Source of the DNA: Geosiphon pyriformis uo1
Lineage: Eukaryota; Fungi; Glomeromycota
Direction of reading: 5' to 3'
Assembly (NCBI GenBank): GCA_016748015.1
Contig: JAAOMT010000299.1
Span: 1,101,924 to 1,165,923, forward strand
DNA length: 64,000 bases
This document shows positions 1 through 12,300 of this stretch, piece by piece. The notes under the pieces are model-generated. The model was not told the DNA's origin, searched no databases, and saw only the letters and a list, made by a program, of their open reading frames with translations. Every line of letters begins with the position of its first letter. Within the stretch, counting starts at the first letter, position 1. Both the position numbers and the translations under genes were made by a program.

Positions 1-283
1 GCGATAGCTTCGAAAATTACCAATCGCTCATTCTTGAAGTAAGTAATTTTGATTTTTTAAAATGAAAATGATTTGCAGTATACTTTTTTAGTGTTAAATA
101 TTAAGTTTAAGAAATATAATAGGTGAGAAATTAATACAAAATTTTTTAAATATTTCTAAGCCAATTTTTTGATTCGATATTCAAAGTTAAAAAAGAAAAC
201 TATAAAAATTAAGTTAAATCTTTTATAGAAGATCCTAAAAAAATTATTTACAAAATAAGATAGGAACTAATTTGTTATATGCT

Positions 284-1093
284 TTAAGTAAAAATTCCAC
301 CACCTTGCTGCATAAATTTCTCAGAGCTGAATTCTTGGCTAACGTTGCAAATAAGTCTTCTCTTCAGCTTTCTGTTCTTTTTGAGCCAACTGATCTTTTT
401 TTTTGCTGCTATTTGCACATTATTCACCGATGATAGCGCCTCATTTGAATCTTTTATGGATTCAGAGGTTCCCAAGACTTGTGGTCTTTTTAATTTTTTA
501 ACTGGTTGAGAAGTTCGTGAGTTTGAGTTTAGATTGGTCAAATTCGGAAAAATAATTGAAGCTGGAGCCTTAACTGCTGAGCTTGGTCGAGTCTTTATGA
601 GTTAAGTATTATTTTGTAATGATACTAGCCTTGAGTTAGTCGAAATTGGCTGGATTTTCTTTATGGGTGGAAATTTTGGGAATGTCAATCGATTATTAAG
701 CACTGATGAATCAAATATTCTTGGAGTTGGTTGTTCACCATCAGGTGAAATTAAATTATCTCGAGGAGAATTCTGATTGTATTTACTTTTGATCATTAAA
801 TTAAGAGCGAGTTTCTGAGAGGGTTGAAGCATTGTTGCCTGTGTTTCAACATTTTCAGTTGAATCCAATGAATTTAAATTATTTGATACTAATTGAATCG
901 CGTTATTTGAAGCCACGGCGGTGTTCAAATCTGATTCTTCAATGGTTGATAAAAGAATTGAGGGTGAATTTAGGCTTCGAGTGTTTAATCTTATTAATGG
1001 TAAATTTGGAAATGTGTAGGCAGGAGATAAAAGTGTCATAATAAGTATTAATAAGACATGGATGGATCGAATAAGGCGAAGAGTACATTTCAT
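284..1093 (-). pseudogene. Putative secreted protein with S/P/N-rich body and basic C-terminus, interrupted by one in-frame TAA (or a 163-aa truncated allele)
   Basis: ORFs 602-1093 and 284-541 share a frame. Only the TAA at 602-604 separates them, and the linker reads LIKTRPSSAVKAPASIIFPN. N-terminus MKCTLRLIRSIHVLLILIMTLLSPAYT looks like a signal peptide. Confidence 0.55.
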
Positions 1094-1165
1094 GTTTTTT
1101 TTTGAGATTTGTTTTATTTATTTTTATTATTTTTTTGGGCTCTTGAAATTTTATTCTACAGATTA

Positions 1166-1167
<2 letters not shown>

Positions 1168-1238
<71 letters not shown>
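1168..1238. repeat. (ATT)n microsatellite
   Basis: Direct inspection; it produces the spurious poly-N and poly-I ORFs. Confidence 0.95.
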
Positions 1239-1240
<2 letters not shown>

Positions 1241-2738
1241 GATTATACTTTGAAATCTTAGCCTTGGAAGCCATTTATTTATATTTAGACAAGAATTTGT
1301 TCATTCAGAAAACTTTTGATCTATCATCAATAAATAATGAAATTATGATCTTGAATATTTTTAAAGAAAAATCTTTTCAAAAATGATTGAAACTTTTGAT
1401 GTGATGATTTTATAAAAATTGAAAAATTAGTTTATGACCACCAAGAACATGTACAATTCAATAAATAAATAAATAAATGGTTTTCATTACTTTTTCTATT
1501 TTATTTGAAAGTATAAACAAACAAACAAACAAACAAACAAAAATAAAATAAAAAAGTTTATAAACTGTGGTATGTTGTTAAATAAATAAAAAAAGAATTT
1601 TAAAATATTAAATCGGTCATATTCTTTTATTCAACAGATAACGATAAGAAACTATAAAAAATTCTCTTATTAAAATTTAATAAATATTAATCCTTTTTCG
1701 AATATCAAAACCTAGATTTTTCATTAGAGTTCAAATTTTCAAACAATCAATACTGTACTCATGACTTTTATTCCAAGAAGATACTGACCTATGGTGTTTA
1801 CTTGCTTTTGATTTCAAAAGTTTTTAACAGAATGACTGGTAATTATATATTCATACTTTGATAGCTAATTTTTTAGCATGTAAAAACTCTAGTAATATTT
1901 GGATTTTTTGACATGCTAGAAAGAAGAGATGTTTCAATTTCCACGTTTCATGTCCTACTCACTTTTCAACCTTTATAATACATTAAATTTAAGCAAAAAT
2001 TATGTCAAAAGTTTTACTTTCTCAACATTCAGATTATAAGTTAGAAATTCTTTTAAAACTAAGTTCTCAAAAGAATTGTATCAATCTATTGTTCAGATTT
2101 TGTTTAATATAAGGTAATTTATACTTTTATTTTAGGTCAATTTTTTAAGGAAACTTTACAAATTCTAAAAATTAAATCTGAAGCAGTTAATTTTGTGACA
2201 TTCTAACCAATTTTAGATAGACTATATTTTCATTTCTAAATTACAAGATCAAATTTCTTTTAAAAAGTATTTGTGTTTTTAAAAGTAATTTTTTTCTATT
2301 TCAATTAAGTAACTTATTATTTTATTTTTGTATGGATTTGGGTTTCACAAGAATAAAAAATGTACACTATTTTTTTTAAATACAAGAATTAACATATATA
2401 CATATTATCTCTAAATAATGGCAAAAGACTATTTGATAAGTTAAATTGGGTGTTTTTTCTTACATGAAAAATTTATGCAAGGTTGATTTTACTAAAAAAA
2501 TAACCTTGCCTCGTCCCAAAAAAATGACAAATTTCTTTCCGTAATGACGCCATATAAGTGATATCCCAAAATAATCATGAATGGGATAAATTTTTGAATT
2601 ATGCAGAAAGTTTTTGACAATGTGATGAATCTTTTAAATATTTTCACCTAACTCAGCTGACATTTTGTAGAAATTATAGAAACAGCTGTTTAGAATTCTC
2701 TTCGTGTGTGGGAAAGGAGAGGTGCTAATGAATAATAA

Positions 2739-2740
<2 letters not shown>

Positions 2741-2803
<63 letters not shown>

Positions 2804-2820
2804 TAATAATAAATAATAAT
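2741..2820. repeat. (AAT)n microsatellite
   Basis: Direct inspection. Confidence 0.95.
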
Positions 2821-3744
2821 AGTTGGCAATCATTCCCGAATGTAAATAGCTCCTGATAAAAAAAAATTTTCAACTTTATACTTACGAAAAGAATAGATTT
2901 GAAATATTTTTTATCAAAAAGAATAGAAATTTGATGAAAATTAATAAATTTCTAAAAAATTTCAACAAATTATTTATTTGTTTTCAGAGTTTTGAAATAT
3001 TCTTTCTTGTCTTCATACCAGATTTTGAAAATTCTAAAATTGTGTGGTTCAAACTCTCAGTTCAAAGATTTAGTCTTTAAAAAATTTTTAAATTTACATT
3101 CCAGTAAAACGGTCTCAAAGCCCCTTTTTCACTGGATGTTAATTAAGAGGCGTATCATTATGGATATGAGATCTAATGCAAATAAATCTGAATACGAAAG
3201 CAATCAAAGGCTATTTTCCAACCAACCTTAAAAACGAAAAAAAAAGTGTTCCTTTATATCAAGGAATTTTTTTTTATTTCTGCAAGTTTAATTTGTATCG
3301 GATGGCTTTTTCCTCGTGTAATGCAAAATTGGTTTCATAAATTTTTTGAACCAATTTTTGATTATCTGTTGAAATAAAGTAATTATTTCATATGGTTTGA
3401 TATAAGAATATTATTATCCTCTCAATTCAAAAATAATTCAATTCAAAAATGCTTTTAATAAAAAACTCTCTATAGAAAGAAAAAAGTGCTTGATACTGAT
3501 TAAAAGATAGTAAATATTAGTATTACAATCTCAAGTTAATAAATCAATGGTTTTTGGGTTCTATATTGCTGGAAATATTTCAATTTTAACTTTCGAAAGT
3601 AAATATTATCCAGTATACTAAAGACTTTTCCTCCTGAGATTTTAATAAATCTTTTAGATTGCTGACGTCTTCATTCAATAAAATTCTCATAAATTTTGTC
3701 TAGAAAAATTTAAAGAAAAGCAGAATTTTTTTTTTTGAAATCTA

Positions 3745-4250
3745 TCTGTTAAGCAAAGCAAAACCTCTTAAACTCAGAAACATCAACATTATCAATTTCT
3801 TCCTCAAGAGAACTCGTTCTTATCTTTAAGGCCTCAATTTCTCGCCGCAACATTTTACTCTTTTCACCAAGTTAATGAGCAGAGTTTACAATAATTTTAA
3901 TGTTTCGAACTGTTAATTCGATACTTTGGATCTGTTTAATAACTCGGTCTGAAAATTCCATCTTTTCTTTTTCCAAAGATCGATTTGGAGTATCACCGAG
4001 ATTTAAAACGGAGGGAAATTTTTTAAACATCGCATATTCCTTTTTACGTAAACTCTTTTTAGATATTTTTCCCAGAGATAATTTTGATATTTCTTCAGTT
4101 ATCACTCCAGGATTTCCTTCTTTCTCAAATTATTCTTTCTTTACATGATTGAATGAAGCTTCAGACCACCAAAATTTATTCGTGGAGCCTTTACATTGAC
4201 AATAAATGGAATTTGAGTTCAAATTCCATTTATTAAGAGAGTTCTTGTTA
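3745..4250 (-). pseudogene. Decayed small coiled-coil protein gene
   Basis: The frame of ORF 3872-4105 continues past TAA 3872-3874 as LGEKSKMLRREIEALKIRTSSLEEEIDNVD (heptad pattern) and upstream past TAA 4130-4132. Boundaries are approximate. Confidence 0.45.
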
Positions 4251-4477
4251 AGGAACTTCAAATTTAATTTTTTTTTTGACAAAGAAAGTAGGGAAAACCT
4301 TTTTTTAAAGAAAAAATAAAATTAGTGTCATTTGATATCTTTCAAAAATTAAAACTTTTATAAATGAATGAATGAGGCAATGGCAAGAAAAATTTTCGAA
4401 TATTTTTTAAAGGAATAATTAATCAAGCTCAGAATATTTATAAAGAATTCGTAAATATGTTATTTTTGATATATAAA

Positions 4478-4582
<105 letters not shown>

Positions 4583-4877
4583 TAAGTCAATCTATTAATT
4601 ACACGTTTAATCATTTATCTTTTTAAAAAAAACTATAAAATTAAAGAAAATGCTTTTTAAACAAATCTATTATACTACAATATAGTTCTATCTATTTAGA
4701 ATGGTAATGTATAAATATTTTTTCAAGACATAAAATCTACAATCTAAGAATTATTTTATAAAAAAAATTAATATTTCAAAATATCTATTTACCCTTTTTT
4801 AACCAATATAATCAAATATTTGTTTGAAATAAAGGAATAATATTTAATACAGTAGTAAAATTTCCACTTCAAACTAA

Positions 4878-4878
4878 A

Positions 4879-4922
<44 letters not shown>

Positions 4923-4950
4923 TTACTACTACTATTACTACTACTACTAC
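4878..4950. repeat. (ACT)n microsatellite just 3' of the 4981-5487 gene
   Basis: Direct inspection. Confidence 0.95.
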
Positions 4951-4980
4951 AGGAGTCTATCATTGATATTTGAATATATA

Positions 4981-5487
4981 TTAAATTTTATCACAAGATC
5001 CTTCAAATGTTTCTAATCGCTTCCTCAAATGTCGTCTTTCTTGTTTCAACACTTGCACTTCGTTCTCTAGAACCAAAACTTTTTGTTCCAAAACATCGCT
5101 CATATTTGCTAAAAGTTGGTTTTCTTCTATTAACTTGACGAATATTTCATTTGTCAATTTTAAATTCTCATGCATCGTTTCAGCAAAACTTCGAAGTTGT
5201 TTGGCATTTTCAAGACATTTTGTAAACGGAGTATTGGCATCTTGTTTTTTGTATATGTGTGATATATTCGAAATAGAAGAGACGTATGGAAAATAATTGT
5301 CATCTATCATTTCTTTTTCTATTGATGGAACTTCTTCTGAAGTTAAACTTTTAGAACTTATAGATGAGGGTGATGACAAAGTAATACAATTAGTTGGTAA
5401 ATATGAGGATCGTGAGCGGAATGTATCCTGAAGGGTTGGAAAAATTTTTTTAGGGTTTTCCATCAACAAATCATTGTTGTGAGACAT
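4981..5487 (-). CDS. Hypothetical 168-aa protein, Ser-rich N-half and C-terminal coiled coil
   Basis: Intact ATG-to-TAA ORF, more GC-rich than its flanks. Heptad Leu pattern in LANMSDVLEQKVLVLENEVQVLKQERRHLRKRLETF. Confidence 0.7.
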   Translation of the reverse strand: MSHNNDLLMENPKKIFPTLQDTFRSRSSYLPTNCITLSSPSSISSKSLTSEEVPSIEKEMIDDNYFPYVSSISNISHIYKKQDANTPFTKCLENAKQLRSFAETMHENLKLTNEIFVKLIEENQLLANMSDVLEQKVLVLENEVQVLKQERRHLRKRLETFEGSCDKI

Positions 5488-6261
5488 AATTTAATTAAAA
5501 ATGAGATTTTTATTTTTGTCCTTTAATCCTTTGCTGGGATAGCCTCAAAAACTTTAATTTTAATTTAAGCCTATGAGGGTTGAATTTTATAGGGCAAATT
5601 TTATTTAAGTTGAATCAATCAATCGAATGGAAAAATTGAAAAAGGCGTTGTTTTCGAAAACTGATTTTTTAAGATTGTTACAAGTTAATTACTGCAAGCT
5701 GCATGTATTAACGTGATTTTTGGATGTTATGGTTTTGATTCATTGATCGATTGATTGATTGATTGATTGATTAATTGGGTATGAGGCAAAGATTTGATTT
5801 CCCAAATTTTTGAAACATGTTTAAGATTTTAAAGTAGGATTTGAAACTCAACAATATTTGAAATATTTGCATGTAAAACATTCTAAAAATCTCTTTAAAA
5901 GAGCATAGCTCAAAGTAACTTCTTTTTCGGAATGAGTCGATTTCCAATTATTGTGTGTGTCAAAAAATTAATAGCTGATCAACATCAAACATGGGATTAC
6001 TCGAATGTTTTTTTTTTCTTTCTACAAGCTCCATTTTTAATAATAATAATCCATATATTTTTATTGGTTTTTTAGTATCCGTTTCTTTTATATTTTTATT
6101 GATCAAGTTATTTCTTTTAGAGATTATACATTTCCAGGAATAATCAAATTTTTTTTTTGAAACGCGATTTAGCCCAATTTTTTTTTTAAGCACATGAATT
6201 TCACGATAAATACCTTTATATATATATATGTAAAAAAAATTTGCTCGTTTTTTTTTAGGTC

Positions 6262-6330
6262 CAATCAAGTCTAATCTAATCCAATCCAATCCAATCCAAT
6301 CCAATTCAATTCAATTCAATTCAATTCAAT
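6262..6330. repeat. Compound pentanucleotide repeat (CAATC)n/(CAATT)n
   Basis: Direct inspection. Confidence 0.85.
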
Positions 6331-7973
6331 TGTTTATAGGTATTTATTAAATCATAATTTGAGATATAAAACTGCAAAAGATTTATCATATCACATAAAT
6401 ATGTACTTTTAATCAAAAAAATTTTGATGAAACCATATAGACATAATAATTCTAAAAAAAATCATTTTTATATAAAAATATGAAAATTTTTTTAAATGAA
6501 ATAAATCAAACAATCATAAAAAAAAAAAAATTTGAAAAAAAAATATATATATTTTTAATTTTATTTGTGAATTCCTTTTATTATTATTATTATTATTATT
6601 ATTTTCATTTATTATTTTCATTTATTATTTTGTTTTACATAAATAATTAATAAAAAATATTAATTTACATAATATAATCTCGATGCGCTTAATAATAATA
6701 ATAAAATTTTCCAATTGATTGTAATTTAATATTTAATTTTATCATATCATATCATATACATATAAATTGATTTCTTATTCAATTTAATCATTTGACTAAT
6801 ATTGTTAAAAGAATAATTTTTTCATTATTATTATTTTATTATTATTTTCTACTCTTTTTTATTTTTATTTTTATTTTTATTTTACTTATCCAATAAAAAT
6901 TATTTAAAAAAATTATTTAGATTAAATCTTTTTAAATGCCTTATTTTCGTTTTTTAAACCCCTGTTACTATACATGTAATAATAATAATAACAATAATAA
7001 TATTGAAAATAATAAATTTTTATTTAAATATAAAAAAAATGATTTTCATTTATTTTATCTATTTGTTTTGTTTTAAATTTATGCTTAAAACTTGCTATCT
7101 ATTTTTTTTTATAATTATTGTCAAATTGGTATAAACACAACAAGTAAAAGCATAAAAAATGTGTGAACTAATATGTCATAATTTGCCCGTTCTAACGAAA
7201 ACCATGTTTTAAAGTTTAATTTAAAATATGGTAACAAATACGATGAATAAGGCATCATTCGTGTATGTATTTGATGTACCAAGTTTGTAAGACAATTAAA
7301 TTGTTAATTCAATATATGAAAAGCTAAGAAACGTAAACTCCTTCGTAAATTTAAACAAACATAATCTTACAAACAGGAATTCTCCCATCTATAATATATT
7401 TTATAAGGCAATATATGGACGAAAACATTAGTTTCTCATTCACTGGTATTTTTGAGGTCATGAAATTGAAAATTAGTTTCATCTCAAGTAACATCTCATT
7501 CGAATCAAGAAAATTGAATATTATTCCAATCAGTTGAAAAACTTAATTGATGATTCACTATTTTATCATATTTTGGCAGGCGAAAGGTTGTTTCTTCTCA
7601 CAAAAGACTAGGATAACTCAAAAATTCTCAAGTTTTACAGATAAAAAGGAAAAACTATAATCCAAACTTATCTTGAAACTGCTCCCTGAGTTGATCTTTT
7701 ATTACTGACAAAAAGTTACCTGGCTGATTTTTAACACAAATATCCAACAACATTAGACTGAACAGTATTTAGAATTTCTCTTTTTTATTGGTTTTTCTTT
7801 TTTCAATGCCTTCTCACAAGAAGGATGCAAAAGAACCTAAAAGATCTGACTATATACAAGTGGAGATTTTGTTGATATTATACTTACAATCCTATTGCTA
7901 ATCGAAGACCCCTACAAGCTAAAGAGAAATGCTAGAATCTTTGATATTATTTTATTATTCATGAAAAAGGTGT

Positions 7974-9218
7974 TCACGTCTTACGGTTGCTTTTGGTGCT
8001 TCGCTTGTCCAACGCGTCGATCAAAGGAAGCAAAATTTGTGATGACAGTTTGATGTTGATAAAGGTAAAGATAGGACCGTCTTTTTGGTCGTCGTCGTCA
8101 TCTTCGTCATCATCATAGTATTGAAACCTATCATCTTCGTCAGAGTCCATTGGCACAGGCCATGAACGTTGACAGGTGATAATTGGTAGATTTTCTTTTT
8201 CAAAATTATTCTTGCGGCCGTTAGACATGATGACACTTGGCAATAGATGGACTCGTGTTGACACGGTCTCGTGACTAATATTATCTAATAGCCTTCTTAT
8301 ATATGGGATATCAAACCAGACAACACCGTTTGAAGAAATGGTGGAATTTTTATCGGTTTCGTTGATATTACGTAAATGAATTTTAAAGTGTCCCCATAAT
8401 TTACGACTCTGTCGGTGCATCATCATACAAACAGCAGAATTTGTTAAATTGAGATCGAATTTGAAGGAATATGGTATGGTAGTTGTGCCATTTTTTCGAT
8501 TAAAATGGGTGATGTTCATTGATTTTGTGAATGTAGAAGGCGTAGCATGAGACCACGACGAAGCCGTTAAAAGTGTAGCATCATAATTGCTGACTTCTTG
8601 AGGTAGTCGAGTCTGTATCTAAGCAAAGGAGATGAGGCAAGCGGTTTGTGAGATTTCGAGTGGGAGACAGTCAGCTGTCGACTGAAGACTCCAAGAATCG
8701 CTCATAGAAAGACACGTGAATGTGTATTTCCGAAGAAAGGGTCAAGTTTTGTCGAAAACTGTGCAATATATGTCAATAAAATGACACACGAAACCCAATA
8801 AAATATTCAGATTTATTAATATTTATAATAATAATACTTACAATTAATTTTAAGTCGTTTTTAAATCGTTCTTCCACATAGTCCTCAATCGCCACGGTTA
8901 TTAAAAGATTCCATTTACGACATGTATGGCGTAGCACCGTTGCCGACTTTAAACTGTTTGTGTTGTTTGTGTGTGTGTGTGTGTTTGTTGAGGTAATAAT
9001 CAAATGTTTTAATTCAGTAACATGTGCATGAATGATCTATTATGTGATTCATATGTAGCACTGATGTCGATCCTCCTCTCACTCGAGATTTCACGATAGA
9101 TGAAAGACAGACTTTGAACTAGTAAAGTAGCAAAAAATAAAGATTAAATTTACCTTGAACTATATAACAGCTGGTTGAAAATATCTAACAATATTTCATT
9201 ACAGAGATAACCTGCCAT
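7974..9218 (-). CDS. F-box domain protein, 3 exons (9218-9154, 8953-8842, 8618-7974), ~273 aa
   Basis: Exons 1+2 splice (GTAAAT...CAG) to MAGYLCNEILLDIFNQLLYSSSLKSATVLRHTCRKWNLLI, matching the F-box pattern LPxEILxxIFxxL...LxxVCKxW. Donor GTAAGT at 8841 and acceptor TAG at 8619 join in phase 0 to the frame of ORF 7974-8519. An alternative in-frame CAG lies 6 nt further on. Confidence 0.75.
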
Positions 9219-9310
9219 TATAAGTGTTGGTTTTGTGCTTATTAGTGTGAGAGGAGAGTTGGGAAGAGTTGGAAAATTGAGAGTTTGGAGGGAAGGTCGA
9301 GTTAGAAGGG

Positions 9311-9346
9311 TATTTATAGAGGATTTGATCTTCACGTTGATTGGTC
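9311..9346 (-). promoter_or_regulatory. TATA box (TATAAATA, 9318-9311) and CCAAT box upstream of the F-box gene
   Basis: TATAAATA ~95 nt upstream of the ATG on the minus strand; GACCAATC ~25 nt further upstream. Confidence 0.55.
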
Positions 9347-12300
9347 TATGTTAAACGATGCTGTACGCGATCTGTATGTGTCTGTGTTGATCAACTTTCT
9401 TTAGTAGGAGTCAGGTCGGAGACTAAAATCACAAGATCGGTGAAGGTCGTATGACCAATCACAATTTAGATTATTAGAACGCGTGAAGAGACCGGGAAAA
9501 CGAAGATAATGTGTTTTGAGGAAAGGTTTATATGATTTGGAAGCCTTTTTGGTTTCGTAAATAAGATGAGATAAAAGATTGAAGAGTGATAAAAGTGTAG
9601 GAGTTTAAAACGATTGTTTTGTATCGTGATATGTTGCAATCATTATAATGATATATTTTTTGCAGGTTAGAAGCATTTAAATTCGAGCTTTACACTTAAA
9701 AAAAAAAGGGAGACTTGAGTTCGTTTAAGAATTTTTCCCAAGATCTAGATTACACTGAAAAATATTGACATAATTGGGCAAATTTTTGAGGCTTGAAGAA
9801 GATTGAAAAATGTATAGAGTGCAAAGCTGCTGCTAGGGACAGTGTGTTATCCTTCAACTTTTCAATTCCCTCGAATGCGATCCCATGATTTTATACAACT
9901 AAAAGGTCAGCTACTGGAATTTGAGATTCAAAGGGCAACTGGATTATGAGAACATTTCAATTGACGCTATTAAGATAATTCTACCATTCCTAAATTACAT
10001 TTCAACACCCCAGCTTTCTTTCACTAATACTGACAGCAGTTGAAATGTTTATAGTTTTTAATTTTCCAAACCAAATTATATTTATAAATGAAAAAGAGGT
10101 TGCCGACGGGTCAATATTCCTCTCGTGTGACCAGTCACCAATGTACGACCGACGCACAAGACCTTCTCGGAGTTTTATAACCGATCCAATTCTCGAAAAT
10201 AATCATAAAAGAGCCTTTTTTAACTATGAACTAATTGCCAGCCTAGATTGCTAGTCTTTTGAGTTAATTGATTGGAAGACTATGGAAAATTTGGTGCTTC
10301 ATGCTTTAGACAATCGATCAAAATCAAATTTTGTGGTTCAACTAGTTATGAATCTCGGAGATCCCTGGGTCCGAGCCAACTAGCCCAAAAGAGTACGACT
10401 CCGGGGCGGGATCAGCGATGGGTCGAAAAAGTCAAAGACATTTTTGTAATTTTGAATGGGGCGCAATACTGTTTTAATGTTATATGTTACCGAATCTTTG
10501 GAATTGCTAAATTCTGTTTAAGCCTTAGATAAATCTCGACTGTCGAGATTAATATTTTACCATTTCTATCTATAATTTAGTATGGGAATCAGTTGGCGTT
10601 GTTTGAATAATTTCCCAACTCTTCATAATTGCTCAAGGGGGAATTTATTGGGGATAATTTTCAGGTGGACATATTTTATCTCGACCTCAAATTGGTAATT
10701 TTGTTATTAGAAATATTTAATTTGTGAAATTTGGAATTAAATATGAATTGGAATTATTTTCAAGGGTTTTATAGAAGTATATTTTTTAATCTATATAGTA
10801 TATTACAATATTGATCTTAAAATGTCAGGTCACAAATATATCGAAATTATTAAAAGATTTTGACGGGTTAACTTTAATCTTAATTATGTATTTCGGAAGA
10901 CTTTTCATATTTATTTGTTCTTTAATAAACTTGGGAAACTCCAATTGAAGTTATTTCAGTCATGACTTTAATATTATATTACGCATTGAGAAATCTGCAA
11001 ATTTAAGAATGTAAAAAATAAGTTTTGAAGCATTCCAAGGATATGAATCATCCTTTATATAAAAGACATATTTTGATTAGTATGAATCATGTGATTTATC
11101 ATAAAATCTTCCAAAACAGGATATTTTATGTTTTTTCCACATATTTAGGGTTTGCATCACCTCAAACTCTACAGTTAAAAAAGGCTCAACCAATTAGAAC
11201 GCCCTAAATCAGGATTGACTTAATTTTTCGAATCAACATTACCCGTTAAAAAAGGATCCCCTCAAAAAAAATCATGCACCATTTAATAAATATTATAAAA
11301 CATTAACGATAAATTTTAAATCTAAAGATAATAAAGGGACAATATAATAACTCAAAACTTTATTCTACCATTTATTAAAAATAGCCCTACTTATATCTTG
11401 AAAGCAAAATCAGGCAAAAAATTGAGACCTGACTTCATTTTTTTATCCTTTTGCTCGTGGTCGCAATTAAAAAAAATCTTAATCAATCAGAGGTTTTAAA
11501 AGGTCAACCAAGCAATTGGTTTTTTCTTAAATTTCAAAAATTAATAATATTAATTATCAAAAAAATATTATGATTGTCAAAATATTTTTTTTAATCTTTT
11601 TAAAAAGATAATTCACACTTTAAGATTACTATTTTAAGTTTTATCTCATATATATAAATTTAGGAATTAATGAAATCATGTCATTTTCACATTATAACAT
11701 AAAATGATTGTGAACTTTGAATTTTTTTCAATCGAAATATGGCGTCATACACAATTTAGGTATATAATTATATACTGCAGATGTTTGTCTTAAAGTCATT
11801 TTAGTAAAATTTTAATATTTTCAATGTTTGAGGCAATTAAATTGAAATTAATAATAATAATGCTTGGTGAAAAAAAAAAAAAAAGCGTGTCTCGAAATTC
11901 ACATATAGGTATGAGAGATTTTGAGCAAGATAAATATTAATTAAATAAAATTGACATTTTGCTCATTAGCCATTTTCAATTTATTATTTGAATCCTTGAC
12001 CAATTATTCATCTTTTTTCCAGATAATCTCACCAAAAACTCCCAGAGTTCATAAGCGAATTAAAAAAATAATTTAATTTTAAGGCAAGCTAAATCTTTAA
12101 AGGTTTGCTTTGCCAAATTAAAGATAAATTGTAGAAAAGTTTTAAATTTTTACAGGTGAAACTCAATTTTTTTTTTCCTTTTTGTGATTACAGGGATTAT
12201 ATTGTCTTAATTCTTTGGAGCTTTAAATTTCTTGATTCTTCCCTCGGTTACTCTTTGAAAAATTTTTATATTTAAAGAGCTGGCTTGATAGATACATATT

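Noticed and set aside
1-150. Possible exon end with a GTAAGT donor at 39
   Set aside because: Too little sequence at the window edge to support a gene call.
939-1274. Poly-N and poly-I ORFs (also 2634-2873, 17750-18070, 19652-19867, 5960-6304)
   Set aside because: They are open only because they run through microsatellites or the N gap.
9750-10560. GC-richer block with short ORFs 10045-10254 and 10272-10532
   Set aside because: The frames I translated contain multiple stops and no recognisable motif; possibly an old pseudogene but unsupported.
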